The position numbers were made by a program, and so were the translations under genes. From Nymphaea colorata (lineage: Eukaryota), in assembly GCF_008831285.2 (NCBI RefSeq), contig NC_045138.2:12772001-12836000 (forward strand): a stretch of DNA of 64,000 nt, in the 5' to 3' direction. Position 1 is the stretch's first letter. The number at the start of each line of letters is the position of its first letter. Shown here piece after piece: positions 61,488-64,000 of this stretch. The notes under the pieces were generated by a model that saw only the letters and a program-made list of their open reading frames with translations, ran no database searches and was not told the DNA's origin.

Positions 61488-64000
61488 CCGGATTAGATTG
61501 GTACGTCATGGACATAAGTTAAAAACTGACGCAACCATGGCCAAGAAAGAATGTGCAACTACGTAAACCTTCTCTCTTCTGGGCATCCAGATCAAGATAT
61601 TGAAATCAAAGGTCCTAAGCCAGAACGTGACTCAAAACTCGGACAAGAATGAGATCAAACATTGTACAAGAAATTTAACTCAAATTAAATAAGAATTAAA
61701 CTAAGGATGCATGAAAGATGCGTCAAAGGAAGGGAAAATGCAAAACTCTAGTTCTAGATGGCATGCATGGGATCGCCTGAACCCTTGGTGCCAGAATGAA
61801 TCCTAACTTGTTCTTAAAAAAAAAAAAAAAAAAAAGCATATATATTATGAATCCAGTATATGCACGCTTGAGAAGCTATATATTTTGCATGATGGGTAAG
61901 TGGGAGACAACCAGAATCCTAGACCGAATGGCCTGTCTCTAGACATGCAAGAAAAAAGAAAATTTCCCTCTATTATCTACCGATCTTAGCATTCTATCTC
62001 ATGTGCTGCATCCAATCTAAATACTGTGCAAGAGAAGAATGCAAGTGCATTTTATTATCTATGATTGATATCAATTACGTTAGTGCTATATTATGTCCGG
62101 CATCTAAGTGCTCCGGCTTTCAGAAAAATTCTACAAGCAGAGGTTCCTTCTATGGAAACATATCCCCTTATCAACTTTACCTACAAGGTACATTTGATGG
62201 AAAGTGAAAAGATGTGCCGCATTTAAAGACCATCTATCTTTGCTTGTCCTGGTAAATGCTTGTAACAGTTTTTCTCATCCCTTACAAATATATGTTAACA
62301 TTCCCTTAATTTTCGTTCTGTAATCTCGCACAAACAAAGCTGAATCTCAACAGCAAGAAATGGCTCTAAAGGCCTAAAATATCAAAGTCCTGAAACCTGT
62401 TTCAGTGGATGCAACCTGACTAACTAGAGTTAGATGATATATAGATTAGCTTCCAAATCTGCCTTGACATGTTAGCACTAAGACCCTCTTAAAGTGCACA
62501 TCTAGGAACTTTAAGCTTTTTTTCTGTAAGCAAAAAATGGATATAATTCGATGTCTAAAGTTAAAAGTTACGTGTAATGCAAATAGTAAAAGTAATTATG
62601 AACAGCCTAACATGTTCTTTACCACATAAAAAAACATTATCAAGTTACCATGTGTAACTGGATGAAAAAAGTCTCTTCATCCTCAAAGTACAAAGAGGCA
62701 AGGAAAAGTAGAAGGGAAAAAATGAGGCACGACATATAAAAGCTTTTCAGGTGCAAGGAACTAAGAATAAGTACATGTGACATTCCATGTCACTGCAAAG
62801 ACATCAAAGTATCTGAAAGAGAGAGATCAGAAGAGAAGAGTTTTTAGTTTTCCATAACATATGTTACACTTCAATTTCATAATAAAACAAAAAAAAAATT
62901 CCCTGTGACCATAAACACATATCATCAAGGGAATAGAAGTGTGCTCAAGCCTGCATAGAAAGTGAAATATATATTGCAAGTATGAAACCATTTACAAAAA
63001 TATAATACTTGAACATGAAATACGTGAGACTTAAATGTGTGGACCCAACATGACTGCTGTAAATTACTCAAAACTAGCTTCAAACACATCTACCCTAGCA
63101 CATTTAGCTTCAAGTTTATGCACCAAGAAACTTGAGCTTTCAATTGATTCATCTCGTGAACTTGAGGTTTGAGTTCATGCACCTTATCACCATCTCACTA
63201 AGCTTTTCGTCTATATCAGATATCTCATTTTTCATTTATGCATTTTCTTAAAGAAGTGCAGTCTTGCTTGGACCGACAATCATTGTACTGTGAAGCCTTC
63301 ACACCTATGCGCATTATCCATACTCATCCATGATCAAATTCCTAAGTTTTAATAAAGGTATAGGGTTTTATCAAACCTATGAGTTCCAGCATGGAACGAG
63401 GCAGGTTGATCGACTAGGATATTCAAAGGCTGTAGAAGAAAGGCAGATTCAAAGTCCCACAAAGTACTATTTAATGTTTTCATCCTGGACTTGATCAACT
63501 CACCCTAAAGCACTGGGAGGCCGTGGATGATCTCCTAACCAAAATCAAAGTAAAGCATGGTACCTTACCCTAGTCTCAAATGATGAACTTTGTAATAGCT
63601 AGGGAAGCAGTGGTGTAATATTAAGAGATTGTGTGACATGAAGACACTGATAACAATATGGGAGAAGTACCACAAAATCTCTGCATAATCACAAAGATAT
63701 GGAAAGCAATGAAAACTAAATACTCTATTATTAGAGTAAGACCTATTGACTCAAACTTGCAAAGTGAAGCAATGAGAAAGGCTTAAAAGGAATGAGCAAA
63801 ATGTAGCCTAATGTCATCATCAAAGCCCTCACTTAACCGTTAGAGCTTGTTTGATAAGCAAAGCCCACAAAGTGTTCCCAACAAAAGCCTATTGTCCATA
63901 AGAAACGATGGGTGTAAAAAAACAAAGAAAACTCAACTTGAGAAAAACCCAATCAAGCAAGAAAGAAGGCCATTGACTTTCATGGTTTATTCTCAAGTAA

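Noticed and set aside
61500..63000. 3' exons of a further minus-strand gene
   Set aside because: Splice-like signals exist, but the candidate exon has stops in all frames; not supportable from this window.

Overview
Eukaryotic plant nuclear DNA (angiosperm-like: GT-AG introns, microsatellites, dense TEs). Three host genes are present. (1) GNOM-type ARF-GEF on the minus strand (2 coding exons, ~1472 aa). (2) Mitochondrial complex I TYKY/NDUFS8 subunit on the plus strand (8 exons, ~279 aa, unusually long presequence). (3) An uncharacterised ~521-aa plant protein on the plus strand (5 coding exons) whose motif order resembles metazoan KANSL1. Between the genes lie a decayed Tekay/Del-like Ty3/gypsy element (minus), a 5'-truncated Galadriel-like chromovirus (plus), and a complete 2.8-kb non-autonomous member of that same Galadriel-like family. 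The non-autonomous element has a perfect TSD, encodes a Gag-protease-chromodomain fusion with RT/RNaseH/integrase core deleted, and sits right at the promoter of gene 3. Many hAT-type MITEs with 8-bp TSDs are present, some nested. Gene models and family assignments were made by eye and are unverified by search.
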